DNA of 64,000 nt, taken from Octopus sinensis. Taxonomy: Eukaryota. The notes under the pieces were generated by a model that was given only the letters and a program-made list of their open reading frames with translations, made no database searches and was not told the DNA's origin. The position numbers and the translations under genes are program-made. Every line of letters begins with the position of its first letter. The stretch's first letter is position 1. The DNA lies in assembly GCF_006345805.1 (NCBI RefSeq), contig NW_021835958.1, forward strand, positions 62,001 to 126,000, written 5' to 3'. Of the stretch, positions 63,000-64,000 are shown in pieces.

Positions 63000-63085
63000 T
63001 ATTATTCAGTGTTATTTCAAGATTTCTTGCCAATAGTGAAAGAACCGGTTTCTAACCTAGATCCAAGACTCCTTCATTGGAATTC
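63000..63085 (-). mobile_element. Short 3' fragment resembling the 58110-58200 R4-clade end, in a (TATG)n context
   Basis: gaaccggtttctaacctagatccaagactcc vs gagccggtttccaaccaagatacaaggctcc. Confidence 0.55.
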
Positions 63086-63599
63086 CTATGTATGTATGTA
63101 TGTATGTATGTATGTATGTATGTATGTATGTATGTATGTATGTATGTGTGTGTCTGTGTGTGTGTGTGTATTGCTTTTTTTTTGTTTACTTTTCTAAATT
63201 CTTGTTATTTCCGACGGGTTTAATTGAGTAACCCCAGCATATTTGACACGTGTCAATTCACAGTTGACTGATTTCGAAAACTTCTACTCACCCCACTCCC
63301 CCTTTCGCTCCTTCTATTCCCTTTTCTCTCCTTCTGTTTTCTTTTTCTCTCTCACTCTCCTCCCCGCTCTCTCTCTCTCTCTCTCTCTGTTTTTCTGTTC
63401 CCTCTCCTCTCCTTCACTGCTTTCTTCCAAATCTCACTTTGCTCTTTATTAGCTTCTCCCTTTTCTTCAGAATAAGTTATTGATCAAATTTGCTGCCTCG
63501 TTATATTCGAGGTTACACTGCACACTCGCAATTGTTTTATTATTGGATAATGAAGCTTAAGCTTTCGGTGCGCTGAATCAACAGAACTTGAGGCGATCC

Positions 63600-64000
63600 A
63601 ACGAAGCTACACGAAGAAGATAGCCTCTATGCATGCAAATGGGAAAGACTCAAGAGATTAAAGCTCTATTCCCTGGAGCGTAGGCGAGAAAGATATGCCA
63701 TAATATATATCTGGAAGATCCTGGAAGGACTTGTCCCAGACTTTGGCATCGAGAGTCACACAAATGCCAGAACCGGACGCCACTGCGTAGTACCAAGGAC
63801 TCCAATTTGCCATCAAGATGTAGGACAAATATTGTGATAGCCTGGCTTCAGAGGCCACAGCTCTTCAATATCCTCCGAAGAACCTGAGGGACCTGCATGT
63901 GTAGATGCGGATGTCTTTAAGTAGGACTGGATCTCTGCCTGTCAGGTGTCTGAACCAACTTCACGGCAGGAGGTGCAGATGAGGGCAGCTGCAACGACTC
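63600..64000 (+). mobile_element. CR1-type LINE 3' fragment (runs off the window)
   Basis: WERLKRLKLYSLERRRERYAIIYIWKILEGLVP.FGIES..NARTGRHCVVP, homologous to 25912-26340. Confidence 0.88.

Overview
AT-rich, repeat-saturated eukaryotic DNA. It is most likely an octopus genome; this is inferred from the SINE families, the microsatellite load and TTAGGG repeats, and was not database-checked. I find no confidently supportable host gene, rRNA, tRNA gene or CRISPR array. Almost all short ORFs in the track are microsatellite read-throughs or transposon fragments. DNA transposons: two complete mariner elements, one mariner remnant, a near-intact IR/DR Tc1 (DD34E) and Helitron-like elements. Non-LTR retrotransposons: a ~9.5-kb (TAA)n-targeted stack of R4/Dong-type elements, plus Tx1/L1-like, CR1-like, RTE and other R4 fragments. 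Also present are several Penelope-like elements (PLEs) of at least three linker types, one LTR+PBS remnant and many tRNA-derived SINEs. The most interesting signal is not in the ORF track: several hand-foldable type I hammerhead ribozyme motifs sit in unrelated non-coding repeats. They include one in a 453-bp terminally redundant unit (retrozyme/pLTR-like), one inside an inverted-repeat element, and one with a compensatory G3-C8 core swap duplicated in a TSD-flanked palindrome. There is also an unusual density of long fold-back palindromes. Boundaries without TIR/TSD support are approximate, and all folds were done by eye.
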